Assembly: GCA_040386535.1 (NCBI GenBank)
Contig: JAZKFH010000015.1
Location: 188,800-252,799 of the forward strand
Source of the DNA: Myxococcota bacterium
Lineage (GTDB): Bacteria > Myxococcota_A > UBA796 > SXON01
Length of the DNA stretch: 64,000 nt
Direction of reading: 5' to 3'
Within the stretch, counting starts at the first letter, position 1; each line of letters starts with the position of its first letter. The notes under the pieces are model-generated. The model worked only from the letters and a program-made list of their open reading frames with translations. It was not told where the DNA came from and did not search any database. Of the stretch, positions 16,556 through 27,394 are shown piece by piece. The translations under genes were made by a program, and so were the position numbers.

Positions 16556-17791
16556 ATGTTTCTCTGGATCCTCGCCGCCAGCGCGGCCGACTATGAAGTG
16601 GTCGAGCTGGGGACGCTCGGGGGGCGATCGACCGCGGCCGCGGCCATCAACGAGCGCGGGCAGGTCGCCGGCGTGTCGAGCCTCGCGGGCCCGGAGCAGC
16701 ACGCGTTCGTGTGGGAGAACGGGAAGATGCGCGACCTCGGCACGCTCGGGGGGCGCCACAGCTTCGCGTGGGACATCAACGAGCGGGGGCAGGTCGTGGG
16801 CGGGGCGCAGGACGACCAGGGGCGCACGCGCGCGGTCATCTGGTCGGGCACCGGCCCGGCGCAGGACCTCGGCGTGCTCGAGGGGGGCGAGGCCAGCTTC
16901 GCCATCGCGGTGAACGAGCGTGGGCAGGTGGCGGGCTTCTCGCAGGCGCTCGACGGCGAGACCCACGCGGTGTTGTGGGACGGCGGAAAGGCCATCGATC
17001 TCGGCACCCTCGGCGGCGGCTTCAGCTACGCGATCGACGTGAACGAGCGCGGCGAGGTGCTCGCCATGTCCACGACGCCGACCGGGCACCGCGCGTTCGT
17101 CTGGCGTGACGGGCAGCGCACCGAGGTCGGCCCCGCGGAGGCGACGTGGTCGTCGGCCTTCGACCTGAACGACAAGGGCCAGGTAGTCGGGAGCGCGCCG
17201 CTCGGGGACGAGGCGCGGCTCGTGGGCTACCGGTGGTCGCCCGGCGGGTTGACCGCCACCTTCGGCCTCGGGGGCGACATCGTCATCGTGTCGGCCATCA
17301 ACGAGGCGGGAGACGCCGCGGGCTACGGCACGCTCACGGCCGCGCGCCCCGGCGTCATCGAGGCCGGGCTCCGGCCAGACCAGGCGCCGGACTTCGAGGC
17401 GACCCTCGCGGCCTTCGGCGAGCAGGAGAGCGCCCCCGAGGTCGAGGTGCACGCGTTCGTCTACCGGGCGGGCGTCCTGACCGACCTCGGCACGCTCGGG
17501 GGCGCGCACGCCTCCGCGGTCGACATCAACGACAGCGGGCACGTGATCGGCTCGAGCGCGCGCGCCATCGACGGGCGGCCGCGCGCGTTCGTGTGGCGGG
17601 ACGGGACGATGACCGAGCTGCCGACACCCGAGGAGGCGAGCGCGGGTGCGAGCGACATCAACAACCGCGGTCAGATCGTGGGCTCGTGGTCCTACGAGGG
17701 GCGGCGGCGCGCCTTCGTGGCGTCACCCTGCGCGCCGGGCACGCCGGACTGCGGCGCCGGCTCGCGGCGCTCCGAGCCGGGTACGCGCTGA
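16556..17791 (+). CDS. Extracellular HAF-repeat protein
   Basis: Repeated DLGTLGG..S.A..INERGQVVG...HAFVW units. Confidence 0.88.
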   Translation: MFLWILAASAADYEVVELGTLGGRSTAAAAINERGQVAGVSSLAGPEQHAFVWENGKMRDLGTLGGRHSFAWDINERGQVVGGAQDDQGRTRAVIWSGTGPAQDLGVLEGGEASFAIAVNERGQVAGFSQALDGETHAVLWDGGKAIDLGTLGGGFSYAIDVNERGEVLAMSTTPTGHRAFVWRDGQRTEVGPAEATWSSAFDLNDKGQVVGSAPLGDEARLVGYRWSPGGLTATFGLGGDIVIVSAINEAGDAAGYGTLTAARPGVIEAGLRPDQAPDFEATLAAFGEQESAPEVEVHAFVYRAGVLTDLGTLGGAHASAVDINDSGHVIGSSARAIDGRPRAFVWRDGTMTELPTPEEASAGASDINNRGQIVGSWSYEGRRRAFVASPCAPGTPDCGAGSRRSEPGTR

Positions 17792-17985
17792 TCCGCATCC
17801 TTTTGGGGGGCGCCCGGTTGGGGCCCACCCTTCTCCGGCGCAGGCATTGGTGCGCCCTCGGGGGTCGAGAGGAGGTCCGTGTCCTCCTCCGCGCGGTGGA
17901 GGTCGGGGCGGTCCTTCAACCAGGGCACGTCGGGCTTGGGGGCCGGGGCGCCGGCCTTGCTGCCCCTGCGGTCGCGTGCGGACAT
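17692..17985 (-). CDS. Possible small disordered hypothetical protein
   Basis: GAGGA Shine-Dalgarno-like motif precedes the ATG and the ORF fills the gap, but it overlaps the HAF gene end by 100 nt. Confidence 0.3.
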   Translation of the reverse strand: MSARDRRGSKAGAPAPKPDVPWLKDRPDLHRAEEDTDLLSTPEGAPMPAPEKGGPQPGAPQKDADQRVPGSERREPAPQSGVPGAQGDATKARRRPS

Positions 17986-18031
17986 CGTATTCCTCGCCAG
18001 GCAGGCAATCTGCTCACCGCGAGCCCACCGA

Positions 18032-18742
18032 CTACCCCAGGTTCTTCTCCGCGAAGTCCCAGTTGACGAGCTTGTCGAGCCACGCGGTCACGTGGTCGGC
18101 ACGCCGGTTCTGGTAGTCGAGGTAGTAGGCGTGCTCCCAGACGTCGATCACGACGAGCGGGGTCAGGCCGAGCGTGAGCGGATTGTCGGCGTTCGGCGTG
18201 TCGATCACCTCGAGCTTGCCCTTGTTGGACACCAGCCAGGCCCAGCCGCTGCCGAACCGCCCGGTGGCCGACTTCGAGAAGGCTGCCTTGAACGCGTCAT
18301 ACCCGCCGAGATCACTCTTGATCTTGTCGGCGATGCGGCCGGTGGGGGCGCCGCCGCCGTTCGGGCGCATGCTCTGCCAGTAGAAATCGTGATTCCAGGC
18401 CTGCGCGACGTTGTTGTAGATCGCGGACTGGTCGGGCTTGCCGTAGGTGGCCCGGAGGATCTCGGTGATCGGCTTGTTCGCGAGGGGAGAGCCCGCGAGG
18501 GCCTTGTTCCCGTTGTCGACGTAGGCCTTGTGGTGTTTGCCGTGGTGGAACGAGAGGGTGTTCTGCGAGATCACCGGCGCGAGCGCGGTGTCCGCGTAGG
18601 GGAGCGGCGGCAGGACCAGCGGGCCCGTGGGGGCCGGATCCGCGGCGAAGGCCGAGAAGGAGCTTGTCGCGAGCACGCCGACGGCCGCGCCGGCGAGGGT
18701 GCCGGCGAGGAGGTCACGGCGCGAGGGGCGATGGTCGGACAT
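18032..18742 (-). CDS. sodB: Fe-type superoxide dismutase with Tat signal peptide
   Basis: SRRDLLAG...AFA signal, HHGKHH, NNVAQAWNHDFYW, FGSGWAWL, DVWEHAYY. Confidence 0.92.
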   Translation of the reverse strand: MSDHRPSRRDLLAGTLAGAAVGVLATSSFSAFAADPAPTGPLVLPPLPYADTALAPVISQNTLSFHHGKHHKAYVDNGNKALAGSPLANKPITEILRATYGKPDQSAIYNNVAQAWNHDFYWQSMRPNGGGAPTGRIADKIKSDLGGYDAFKAAFSKSATGRFGSGWAWLVSNKGKLEVIDTPNADNPLTLGLTPLVVIDVWEHAYYLDYQNRRADHVTAWLDKLVNWDFAEKNLG

Positions 18743-18826
18743 GGGGACTCCGTCTCGGTTTCGGGGGGCACGATCCACGCGAGCGCGGCGCGGGCCGCGC
18801 TTCGGCGATGCTCCGAACAGGGATGG

Positions 18827-18846
18827 GCCCCGGATCGCTCCGGGGC
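18827..18846 (-). terminator. GC-rich hairpin between the two sod genes
   Basis: GCCCCGGA-tcgc-TCCGGGGC immediately after the upstream sod stop, with no U-tract. Confidence 0.35.
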
Positions 18847-18852
18847 TACCGA

Positions 18853-19458
18853 TCAGCCGAGGTTCTTTTCGGCGAAGTCCCAGTTGGCCAGCTTGTCGAG
18901 CCACGCCGCGACGTAGTCGGCGCGACGGTTCTGGTAGTCGAGGTAGTAGGCGTGCTCCCACACGTCGATGGTGAGGAGCGGGGTCTGGTTGTGAACCAGC
19001 GGGTTCTCGGCGTTCGGGGTCTTGGTGACCTTGAGCTTGCCGCCCTCGGACACGAGCCAGGCCCACCCGCTGCCGAACTGCGTCATCGCGGCCTGGGAGA
19101 GCTCGGTCTTGAACCCGTCGTAGCTGCCGAAGGAGCTGTTGATGAGGTCGGCCACGCGGCCCTTGGGGCTGCCGCCGCCACCCGGGCGCATGGAGAGCCA
19201 GTAGAAGTCGTGGTTCCACACCTGGGCCACGTTGTTGAAGATGCCGGCCTTGTCGGCCTTGCCGTACGTGGCCTTGATGATCTCCGCCATCGGGCGGCCC
19301 TCGAGGTCCGTGCCGGCGAGGAGCTTGTTCCCGTTGTCGACGTAGGCCTTGTGGTGCTTGCCGTAGTGGAAAGAGATGGTGTTGGCCGAGATGACCGGGT
19401 CGAGCGCGGTGTCGGCGTAGGGGAGGGGGGGAAGGGACAGCGTCGTGACGGTGCTCAT
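18853..19458 (-). CDS. sodB: Fe-type superoxide dismutase, cytoplasmic
   Basis: AAGGAG RBS before ATG 19458, HYGKHH, NNVAQVWNHDFYW, QFGSGWAWL, DVWEHAYY. Confidence 0.94.
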   Translation of the reverse strand: MSTVTTLSLPPLPYADTALDPVISANTISFHYGKHHKAYVDNGNKLLAGTDLEGRPMAEIIKATYGKADKAGIFNNVAQVWNHDFYWLSMRPGGGGSPKGRVADLINSSFGSYDGFKTELSQAAMTQFGSGWAWLVSEGGKLKVTKTPNAENPLVHNQTPLLTIDVWEHAYYLDYQNRRADYVAAWLDKLANWDFAEKNLG

Positions 19459-19557
19459 CGTAGGCTCCTTTGCGATGGGGTCCGCCAAACTAAGCACGAG
19501 CGCGAGCGCCGGCACCGGGGCGGGCGTGCAAATCGGCGCGCCTCGCGTCACCTCGCG

Positions 19558-21681
19558 TCACCTCGCGCAGCGGAAGCCGATCGCGCCGGACGACTGGTGA
19601 GGCTCCACCGCGGTCGAAGCCGCGCCGTCGTCCCGGCGCCACGCGGGGCGGCCGTCGGACGCGCGGTACTCGTGCCAGGGCTGGGTGGCGGAATCGGTCC
19701 AGGTGAGGGGCGGGGCGTCTACCGCGAGGAGCCCGCCGCGCCCGGCACAGTACGCGGAGGCCGCGGCCCAGCTCATGTCGACGACCGCCCTGGCGCCCTT
19801 CCCAGCCGGGGCTTCGGCGCCCGACCACCCGGAGAGGTAGCCCGCATCGGCCTTCCCGGCGGCCCGTGCGCTGTCACCCGTCCACTCCGGGTGGGTGGAG
19901 AGCCAGCGCGCGAACGCGCTCACGGTCACGATTCCGCCCGACCGCCGGGCGCTCGCGCCACGCGTGGTCGGGGCCTCGATGGGGGCGGGCACGGCGATCT
20001 CGGCGCGGTGGTCGCCCTCGCCGGCGGGCACGACGAGCTCGCCGCTCCAGGAGGAGCAGCCGGGCGTGCAGGGGGTGGCGACGCCGTCCGTCGCGCAGCC
20101 GAGGTCGGCGTCCGTGCAGGAACCGATGGCGACGGTGAGCCGGTGCCGGCCCGGCGTGACCGCCGCGAGGAGGAGCCCGGCAGACGTTCCCACGACCGCC
20201 TCGCCGCCATCCACGCGGGCGACAGGCGCGGCGCCTTCGGGGATGCCGGGCACCACCAGGGTCACGACGCGAGGCGGTGGCGGGGCGAGCGCCAGGGCGT
20301 GGATCAGCGGCTCGTGCGCGCCGACCACGTCGAGGGTGGCGGCGTGGTGGCCGCACCAGGCGGGGGCGTCACCGCCGGGGGTGCACTCCTCTCCGATTGC
20401 GGCGCGGAGCGGCTGGGGACCGGTCGGCACGGCCTCGAACACGAGGTGGCGCCCGATGACCTCGGCGGGGGGGAACCCCGCGAGCGTGACCGCCACCGGG
20501 GCGTCGTCAGCGAGCCCCGTGATGTCCACCCGCACCTGCCGCGTGGGCGGCACCGACACGCGGGCGTAGGCCCAGGAGCCCGCGGCCACCAGGGCGGCGA
20601 GGCCGAGCGTGGCGACGGCGATGCGCGGCGCGGTCGACGGACGGAGGGGCGCGGGGGCGGCGGGGGGCGGCACCGGGGCGGCGCGTTGCACTTCCGGGGA
20701 CGGAGCGCCCAGCGGGCGCGGTGCGTCGTTGCCGGGGACCATCGTCACGCCGGCCACCGCGCGGTCGCCGTCCGCGGCATCGCTGAACCACGTCGGCGCC
20801 GACGCGTCCATCGAGGCGGCCACGGCGGTGAGATCGATCTCGGCGAAGTCGATCGCGGCGAGGCGGCGGCGCACCTGCTCCGCGTCCGCGATGCGGGCCT
20901 CGGGGAACGCGTGCGTCATGTCGCGGACGAGGGCGCGCAGGCGCGCGGGGTGCTGGGGACCGGGGTCCAGCGGCGGGTGGTGCTGCTTGACGCTCATGAG
21001 CCGCACGACCTGCTGCTGCACGCTGCCCGCGGCGGTCATCGGGAACGCCTGGCGCCCCGTGAGCAGCTCGTAGAACACCACCCCCGCCGAGTAGATGTCC
21101 CACTGCACCGGATCGATGCGCTCGGGATCGAGCCACTCGGGCGGCACGTAGGACACCGAGCCAAAGGTCTGCCCGCGCTCGGTGATCGTGGCGCCGTCCG
21201 CCTCGGTCGCGATGCCGAAGTCGACCAGCTTCACGACGCCGTTCGCCTGGATCACGAGGTTCGAGGGCTTCACGTCACGGTGGCGGATGCCGCGGCCGTG
21301 CAGGTAGGCCAACGCGTCGGCCACCTGCACGAACAGCGGGACCGCCTCGGCCGCCGAGAGGGCTCCCTCGCGCGCGCGCGTCTCCAGGTTCACCCCGTCG
21401 ATGAACTCCATCTCCAGGTAGGGCATCGCGACATCCATGCGCACGTTGCGCACCTTTACGATGCCGGGATGGTCCAGGCTGAAGAGGATCTCGGCCTCGC
21501 GGACGAACCGCGCCTTCGCGCTCGGCAGGCGCACGAACGCGGCGTCCAACACCTTCACCGCCGCGAGGATGCGCTTCGCCTCACGATTGTGGCAGCGGTA
21601 GACGGAGCCCATTCCGCCCTGGCCGAGCGCGCGATCCACCACCCAGATGTCGATCTCGTCGCCCGGCTGCAAGACGCCCAC
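19558..21681 (-). CDS. Membrane Ser/Thr protein kinase with extracellular region ending in a reduced FGE/SUMF1-like domain
   Basis: LGQGGMGSVY, AVKVL, HRDVKPSN, DFGIA, one TM segment, MSWAAASAYC and terminal IGFRCAR. Confidence 0.9.
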   Translation of the reverse strand: MGVLQPGDEIDIWVVDRALGQGGMGSVYRCHNREAKRILAAVKVLDAAFVRLPSAKARFVREAEILFSLDHPGIVKVRNVRMDVAMPYLEMEFIDGVNLETRAREGALSAAEAVPLFVQVADALAYLHGRGIRHRDVKPSNLVIQANGVVKLVDFGIATEADGATITERGQTFGSVSYVPPEWLDPERIDPVQWDIYSAGVVFYELLTGRQAFPMTAAGSVQQQVVRLMSVKQHHPPLDPGPQHPARLRALVRDMTHAFPEARIADAEQVRRRLAAIDFAEIDLTAVAASMDASAPTWFSDAADGDRAVAGVTMVPGNDAPRPLGAPSPEVQRAAPVPPPAAPAPLRPSTAPRIAVATLGLAALVAAGSWAYARVSVPPTRQVRVDITGLADDAPVAVTLAGFPPAEVIGRHLVFEAVPTGPQPLRAAIGEECTPGGDAPAWCGHHAATLDVVGAHEPLIHALALAPPPPRVVTLVVPGIPEGAAPVARVDGGEAVVGTSAGLLLAAVTPGRHRLTVAIGSCTDADLGCATDGVATPCTPGCSSWSGELVVPAGEGDHRAEIAVPAPIEAPTTRGASARRSGGIVTVSAFARWLSTHPEWTGDSARAAGKADAGYLSGWSGAEAPAGKGARAVVDMSWAAASAYCAGRGGLLAVDAPPLTWTDSATQPWHEYRASDGRPAWRRDDGAASTAVEPHQSSGAIGFRCAR

Positions 21682-21797
21682 GATGCCTGTCCCAGGCCCA
21701 CCCGGTCGCTCGGGTCCGGGCTTTCGTGCATCTTACCCCGAGGCCGGGGCGAACACCGGGAGCAGCCGACGAAACCCGGACGCGCGCGTCGGCCGCG

Positions 21798-22943
21798 CTA
21801 CCAGGCGAGCCCGGCCACGCGACGGGCCTCGAGCCGGGCCGTCGCGGCATCGAGCTCGGCGTTGACGCGGTCGGCGCGCGCGTCCGCGGCGTCGTCCTGA
21901 AGGCGCAGGACTTCCAACGAGCTCGCGAGGCCGACCGAGAGCCGCGTCTGTCCAACCTGGAGCGACTCGTCGGCGAGCTCCTCGCGGGCACGGGCGGCCT
22001 CCGCGACGCGGTCGGCGGCGCGGGCCTGCTCGCGCGCGGTGGTGAGGCCGAGGGCGAGGTCGCGCTCGACCGCGTCGAGCTGGATGACCTCGATCTTCTG
22101 CTCGAGGGCGGCGCGGCGGGCGCGGATGAAGGGACCGGCGAGGCCGTCGAACTCCCAGGTCACGCCCAGGCTGAGCGACCAGTCCTCGATCGTGCCGAGG
22201 GTCGAGTCCGCGTCGATGGAGCCGGTGGGGAAGATGGCGGCAACCGCGGAGGCGTGATCCCACTTCGCCATCGAGAGCTGGGCCTCGGCCGCGTCGATCC
22301 ACGGCGAGTCCGTCGCGGCGTCAGGGATGGCGAGCGCGCCGGAGGGGATCTCGAGGGCGTCCACGTCCTGCTGCAGCGCGCGGGAGAGGCCGGCGCGGGC
22401 GATGACCACGTCGGCTTCGGACTGCGCCGTGTAGGCCTGGGCTTCGAGCAGCCCGAGCCGTGCCGAGCGGCCGGCGAGCTCGCTCTCGAGCCCGGCGGTG
22501 ACGCGGGCCGCGGTCGCGTCGGCGGTGGCCTGGGCGAACCGTTCGCCCTCTTGCGCGGCGGTGAGGGCGGCCTCGGCCGCGAGCACCGTGTAGAACAGCG
22601 TCGCGGCGGCGTACTGCGCGTCGAGCGAGGTGGCGACGGCCTCGTGGCGCAGCGATCGGGCCATGGCCGAGGCGGATCCCGCGTCGAGCCAGACCTCCGG
22701 CGCCAGCACGTCGAGGCTCACGCGCAGGCGGTTCGTGTCGGCGGTCGTGCCGGCGGAGAACGTACGCGCCGCGGTGAAGCTCGGGGTTGGCCCGAGCTGG
22801 ACCCAGGCCTCGGCCGCGTCGAGGCGCGCCTGGCGCGAGGTGAGCTCGGCGACGACGGCGAGCGGGTCGACCTCGGCGGCGCGGCGAACGGTCTCGTCGA
22901 GGGTGAGGGCGTGGGCGGCGGACAGGAGGAGCAGCAGGTTCAC
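21798..22943 (-). CDS. TolC-family outer membrane efflux protein
   Basis: Signal peptide followed by LTLDETVRRA, internal duplication (GLESELA / GLASSLEVL), WSLSLGVTWEF strand. Confidence 0.8.
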   Translation of the reverse strand: MNLLLLLSAAHALTLDETVRRAAEVDPLAVVAELTSRQARLDAAEAWVQLGPTPSFTAARTFSAGTTADTNRLRVSLDVLAPEVWLDAGSASAMARSLRHEAVATSLDAQYAAATLFYTVLAAEAALTAAQEGERFAQATADATAARVTAGLESELAGRSARLGLLEAQAYTAQSEADVVIARAGLSRALQQDVDALEIPSGALAIPDAATDSPWIDAAEAQLSMAKWDHASAVAAIFPTGSIDADSTLGTIEDWSLSLGVTWEFDGLAGPFIRARRAALEQKIEVIQLDAVERDLALGLTTAREQARAADRVAEAARAREELADESLQVGQTRLSVGLASSLEVLRLQDDAADARADRVNAELDAATARLEARRVAGLAW

Positions 22944-22989
22944 GGTTTCACCGCAAGAAGTATGGTTGCGGAACCGGGCCTCGTGTATG

Positions 22990-23571
22990 TCACTCGGCGG
23001 ATTCCGAGGGCCAACCCAGCTCGCCCGTGCCGTGCGGCCCGGTGACCTGGAGGACGAGGGGGCCTTGCCCGCAGTCTTTCGAGAAGCGGGCGCTCCAGAG
23101 GCTGCTCCACCGGTTGTGGTGGCGGTACAGGTCGAGCTCGAGCGGGGTGGGCTCGATCTCTACGACCGTCTCGGGTGTGCAGGGCCGGCCGCCGGCGAAC
23201 AGGCGCAAGCGCCACGGCTCGTCCTCGCCGAAGCCGAAGCGCAGGTCCTCGCGGAACTGGGAGTCGGCCGAGAACACGAAGACGTAGGCCGTGTCGGCCT
23301 CCGCGAGCGAGGCAGCGAGGCGCTCGGCGCGCACCTCCGGCTCCAGGAGCAGCACGTGGGCGCGCTGGGCCTCCATCGCGCGGCGAACGTCGGGGGCGAG
23401 CCACACGGCGCGCAGGAGCAGCGACGTGGTGAGCCCGTCGCTGTACAGGCGAAGCTCGCGCGTGCCCGCCCGCAAGGTCGCGTCGTACCCGGGAGGGGCG
23501 GGGACGTCGGCCGTGATGGAGTCGCCCACCGCCTGTCGAGCATGGCAGGCGACGAGGAGGGCGAAGATCAC
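22990..23571 (-). CDS. Hypothetical lipoprotein
   Basis: GTG overlaps the pyrE stop; lipobox LLVAC. Confidence 0.65.
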   Translation of the reverse strand: MIFALLVACHARQAVGDSITADVPAPPGYDATLRAGTRELRLYSDGLTTSLLLRAVWLAPDVRRAMEAQRAHVLLLEPEVRAERLAASLAEADTAYVFVFSADSQFREDLRFGFGEDEPWRLRLFAGGRPCTPETVVEIEPTPLELDLYRHHNRWSSLWSARFSKDCGQGPLVLQVTGPHGTGELGWPSESAE

Positions 23572-24104
23572 GCCTCGAGCTCGTGCCGCCGCACCAGTCG
23601 GGTGAGGGTGAGGCCGCGCGCGGCCAGCGCCTCGACGGCGCCCTCCTCCCGGTCGACGATGGTGAGGCATTGGACGACCCGAAGGCCCTCGGCCTCGACC
23701 CGATCGACCGCCTGAAGCATCGACGCGCCGGTGGTCGTGGTGTCCTCCACGATGCACACCGGCGTGCCGTCCGGCAGGTTGCCGCGGCCCTCGACGTACT
23801 TGCCCGTGCCGTGCCCCTTCGACTCCTTGCGCACCAGGAAGGCGTGCACGGGGCGGCCGCGCGACCACGAGACGGCCGCGGTGGCCGAGGCGATCGGATC
23901 GGCGCCGATGACCATGCCGCCGACGCCCTTGACGTCGGGGTGGAGCGCCTCGAGGACGAGGTTTCCCACGAGCCACGCGCCTTCGGCGTGGAGCGTCGTC
24001 TGCTTGCCGTCGACGTAGAAGTCGCTCTCCCGGCCCGAGGCGAGCACGACGCGCATGCGGCGGTAGGAGCGCTCCTTCAGGAGCTCGATCAGGCGGTCGC
24101 GCAG
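23568..24104 (-). CDS. pyrE: Orotate phosphoribosyltransferase; start uncertain (CTG 24104 or ATG 24056)
   Basis: LASGRESDFYVD, VRKESKGHGT, PRPP-binding IVEDTTTTGAS. Confidence 0.93.
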   Translation of the reverse strand: MRDRLIELLKERSYRRMRVVLASGRESDFYVDGKQTTLHAEGAWLVGNLVLEALHPDVKGVGGMVIGADPIASATAAVSWSRGRPVHAFLVRKESKGHGTGKYVEGRGNLPDGTPVCIVEDTTTTGASMLQAVDRVEAEGLRVVQCLTIVDREEGAVEALAARGLTLTRLVRRHELEA

Positions 24105-24895
24105 GAGGCCTCCTCGCCGAGCCACGCGACGACCTCGTCGATGATCTCGGCCTTTCCGATCTCGTTGAAGAGCTCGTGACGGAGCTCCGGGTAACGCGTC
24201 AGCCGGGCGTGCGTACGGGTGGCGAAGGCCTCGTTCGCGCGCGGATCGGTGACGTGGTCCTGCCCGCCGACGTACACGGACAGCGGGATGTTCCACGTCG
24301 TAACGGCGTTCACGCGGGCGATCGCCGCCACCATCTCGGTGTAGAACCGGGGCGTGCCGGTCTGGAACACCAGCGGGTCCGCGAGGTAGGCGGCGCCGAT
24401 CGCGGGGTCGCGGGAGAGCGCGTCGGGATTGATCTCGTTCTTCATCGCGAGCGAGGGGATGAGGTGGGAGAGGATCCGCGCGGCGCCGGTCTTCCACCCC
24501 GGGAGCGCGACCGCCACGCCGAGGAGCGGGTTCGAGAGGGCGAGCCGGCTCGGCAGCACCCCGGCGCCATGGATCGCGTCGAGCGCGACGAGGCCGCCCA
24601 TCGAGTGCGCGAGCATCGACCAGCCGGGCCGGAGCCCGACCACGGCGGCCTGGACGTCGGCGGTGTAGTCGGACCAGCGGTTGATGTGGCCGCGTTTGCC
24701 GCCCGAGTGGCCGTGGCCCCGGAGCTCCAGCACCGTGGCGGACCAGCCGGCCGCGGCGAACGCGGCGCCGACGTGCTCGTAGCGGCCCGCGTGTTCGGCC
24801 AGCCCGGGTACGATCAGCACGTCCCGCGGCCCATCGCCCCAATGGGCGAGCCGCAGGCGCGTGCCGTCCGCGCTGGTGACGAAGTTAGTCCGCAA
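24089..24895 (-). CDS. Alpha/beta hydrolase (lysophospholipase/monoacylglycerol lipase-like)
   Basis: PGLAEHAGRY, LRGHGHSGG, AHSMGG, RHELFNE. Confidence 0.9.
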   Translation of the reverse strand: MRTNFVTSADGTRLRLAHWGDGPRDVLIVPGLAEHAGRYEHVGAAFAAAGWSATVLELRGHGHSGGKRGHINRWSDYTADVQAAVVGLRPGWSMLAHSMGGLVALDAIHGAGVLPSRLALSNPLLGVAVALPGWKTGAARILSHLIPSLAMKNEINPDALSRDPAIGAAYLADPLVFQTGTPRFYTEMVAAIARVNAVTTWNIPLSVYVGGQDHVTDPRANEAFATRTHARLTRYPELRHELFNEIGKAEIIDEVVAWLGEEASCATA

Positions 24896-25745
24896 AGTAG
24901 TTGCCCGCGTTTTCGAGCAGCATCTTCGCCTTGCGATGCTCGGACTCCAGCTCGGGCTGGATGTCCGCGATGAGCGTGGTGGGCTGCGCGAGCACGCCGT
25001 TCAGCGCCTTCTCGAACTCGGCCTTGTTCTGGGTCTTGGTGGCCCAGTTCTCCGCGAACAACACGTGGTTCCCGAAGAAGTTCGGCTGCGCGGCGATCGC
25101 CTTGTCGAAGTACTGCTTCGACTTCTCGAGGTCCTGCCCGGCAAAGCTGGGGAGCGCGGCGTAGAACACGCCCCAGTAGCGGTCCGGGCCGCTGTAGTAG
25201 AAGGTCGAGTCGAGCTCGCCCACGCGCGTCATGTAGGCCTTGACGGTGGGGAGGTGCTTGAGGGTCGTCGTCAGGCCGGTGAGCTTGGCCCACTTGCCGA
25301 GCGCGGAGGAGGTCCAGTAGAGGCAGGGCACGTCCGCGGTGGTGAACGCGCGGGCCGCGGAGGCCTCGTCCTCGTCGCCCTTGGTCAACAGGGCGGTGAA
25401 CTCGTTGTTGATGGCGAGGCACTTCTTGCCCCACTCGATGGACGTGGACCACGCCGAGAGCTTGGCGTCCTTCTCCGTCTCGTGGCCGTCGCCCAGGAAG
25501 TACCAGCCGCGGACGAGGCGGTGGGCCACGTCCCGATCGGTCGCGTCCATCGCGTAGGCCTGCTCGTACTTCACCAGCGCGGCCTGGAGCTTCGCCTTGT
25601 CGCCACGCTCGTTCCAGAGGCTGTCGGCCTCGGCCTTCAGCGCCGCCTTCTGCTCCCCGGAGGAAGCCGCCGCAGGCGCCTCCACCGAGTAGGTGCCGAT
25701 CTGCTTGCCGCAGGCAAGGAGGAGGAGGAGGGGGAGGACGCGCAT
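24885..25745 (-). CDS. TPR-like lipoprotein, probably TatT (TRAP-T component) family
   Basis: Lipobox [42 protein letters not shown]. Confidence 0.65.
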   Translation of the reverse strand: MRVLPLLLLLACGKQIGTYSVEAPAAASSGEQKAALKAEADSLWNERGDKAKLQAALVKYEQAYAMDATDRDVAHRLVRGWYFLGDGHETEKDAKLSAWSTSIEWGKKCLAINNEFTALLTKGDEDEASAARAFTTADVPCLYWTSSALGKWAKLTGLTTTLKHLPTVKAYMTRVGELDSTFYYSGPDRYWGVFYAALPSFAGQDLEKSKQYFDKAIAAQPNFFGNHVLFAENWATKTQNKAEFEKALNGVLAQPTTLIADIQPELESEHRKAKMLLENAGNYFAD

Positions 25746-25792
25746 AGGAAGCTCCGGGAGTGGGACCAGCGACTCGGTGGCCTGGGGCGCCG

Positions 25793-25821
25793 GTTTTACG
25801 GGCTGGACACGCGCTTGTCAA
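25793..25821 (-). promoter_or_regulatory. Candidate sigma70 promoter (TTGACA-17 nt-TAAAAC) for the lipoprotein-hydrolase-pyrE operon
   Basis: Perfect -35, 17-nt spacer, and -10 about 48 nt upstream of ATG 25745. Confidence 0.5.
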
Positions 25822-25887
25822 CGGCGTAGCCGCCTCCGCAGCAGGGTTGCCCCTCCCGCGCGCGGCTCCCCGCGGTTAGACGCGTCC

Positions 25888-27363
<1,476 letters not shown>

Positions 27364-27394
27364 GGCGAGTGGAGCAGGGTGGCGGGCTCAGCCG

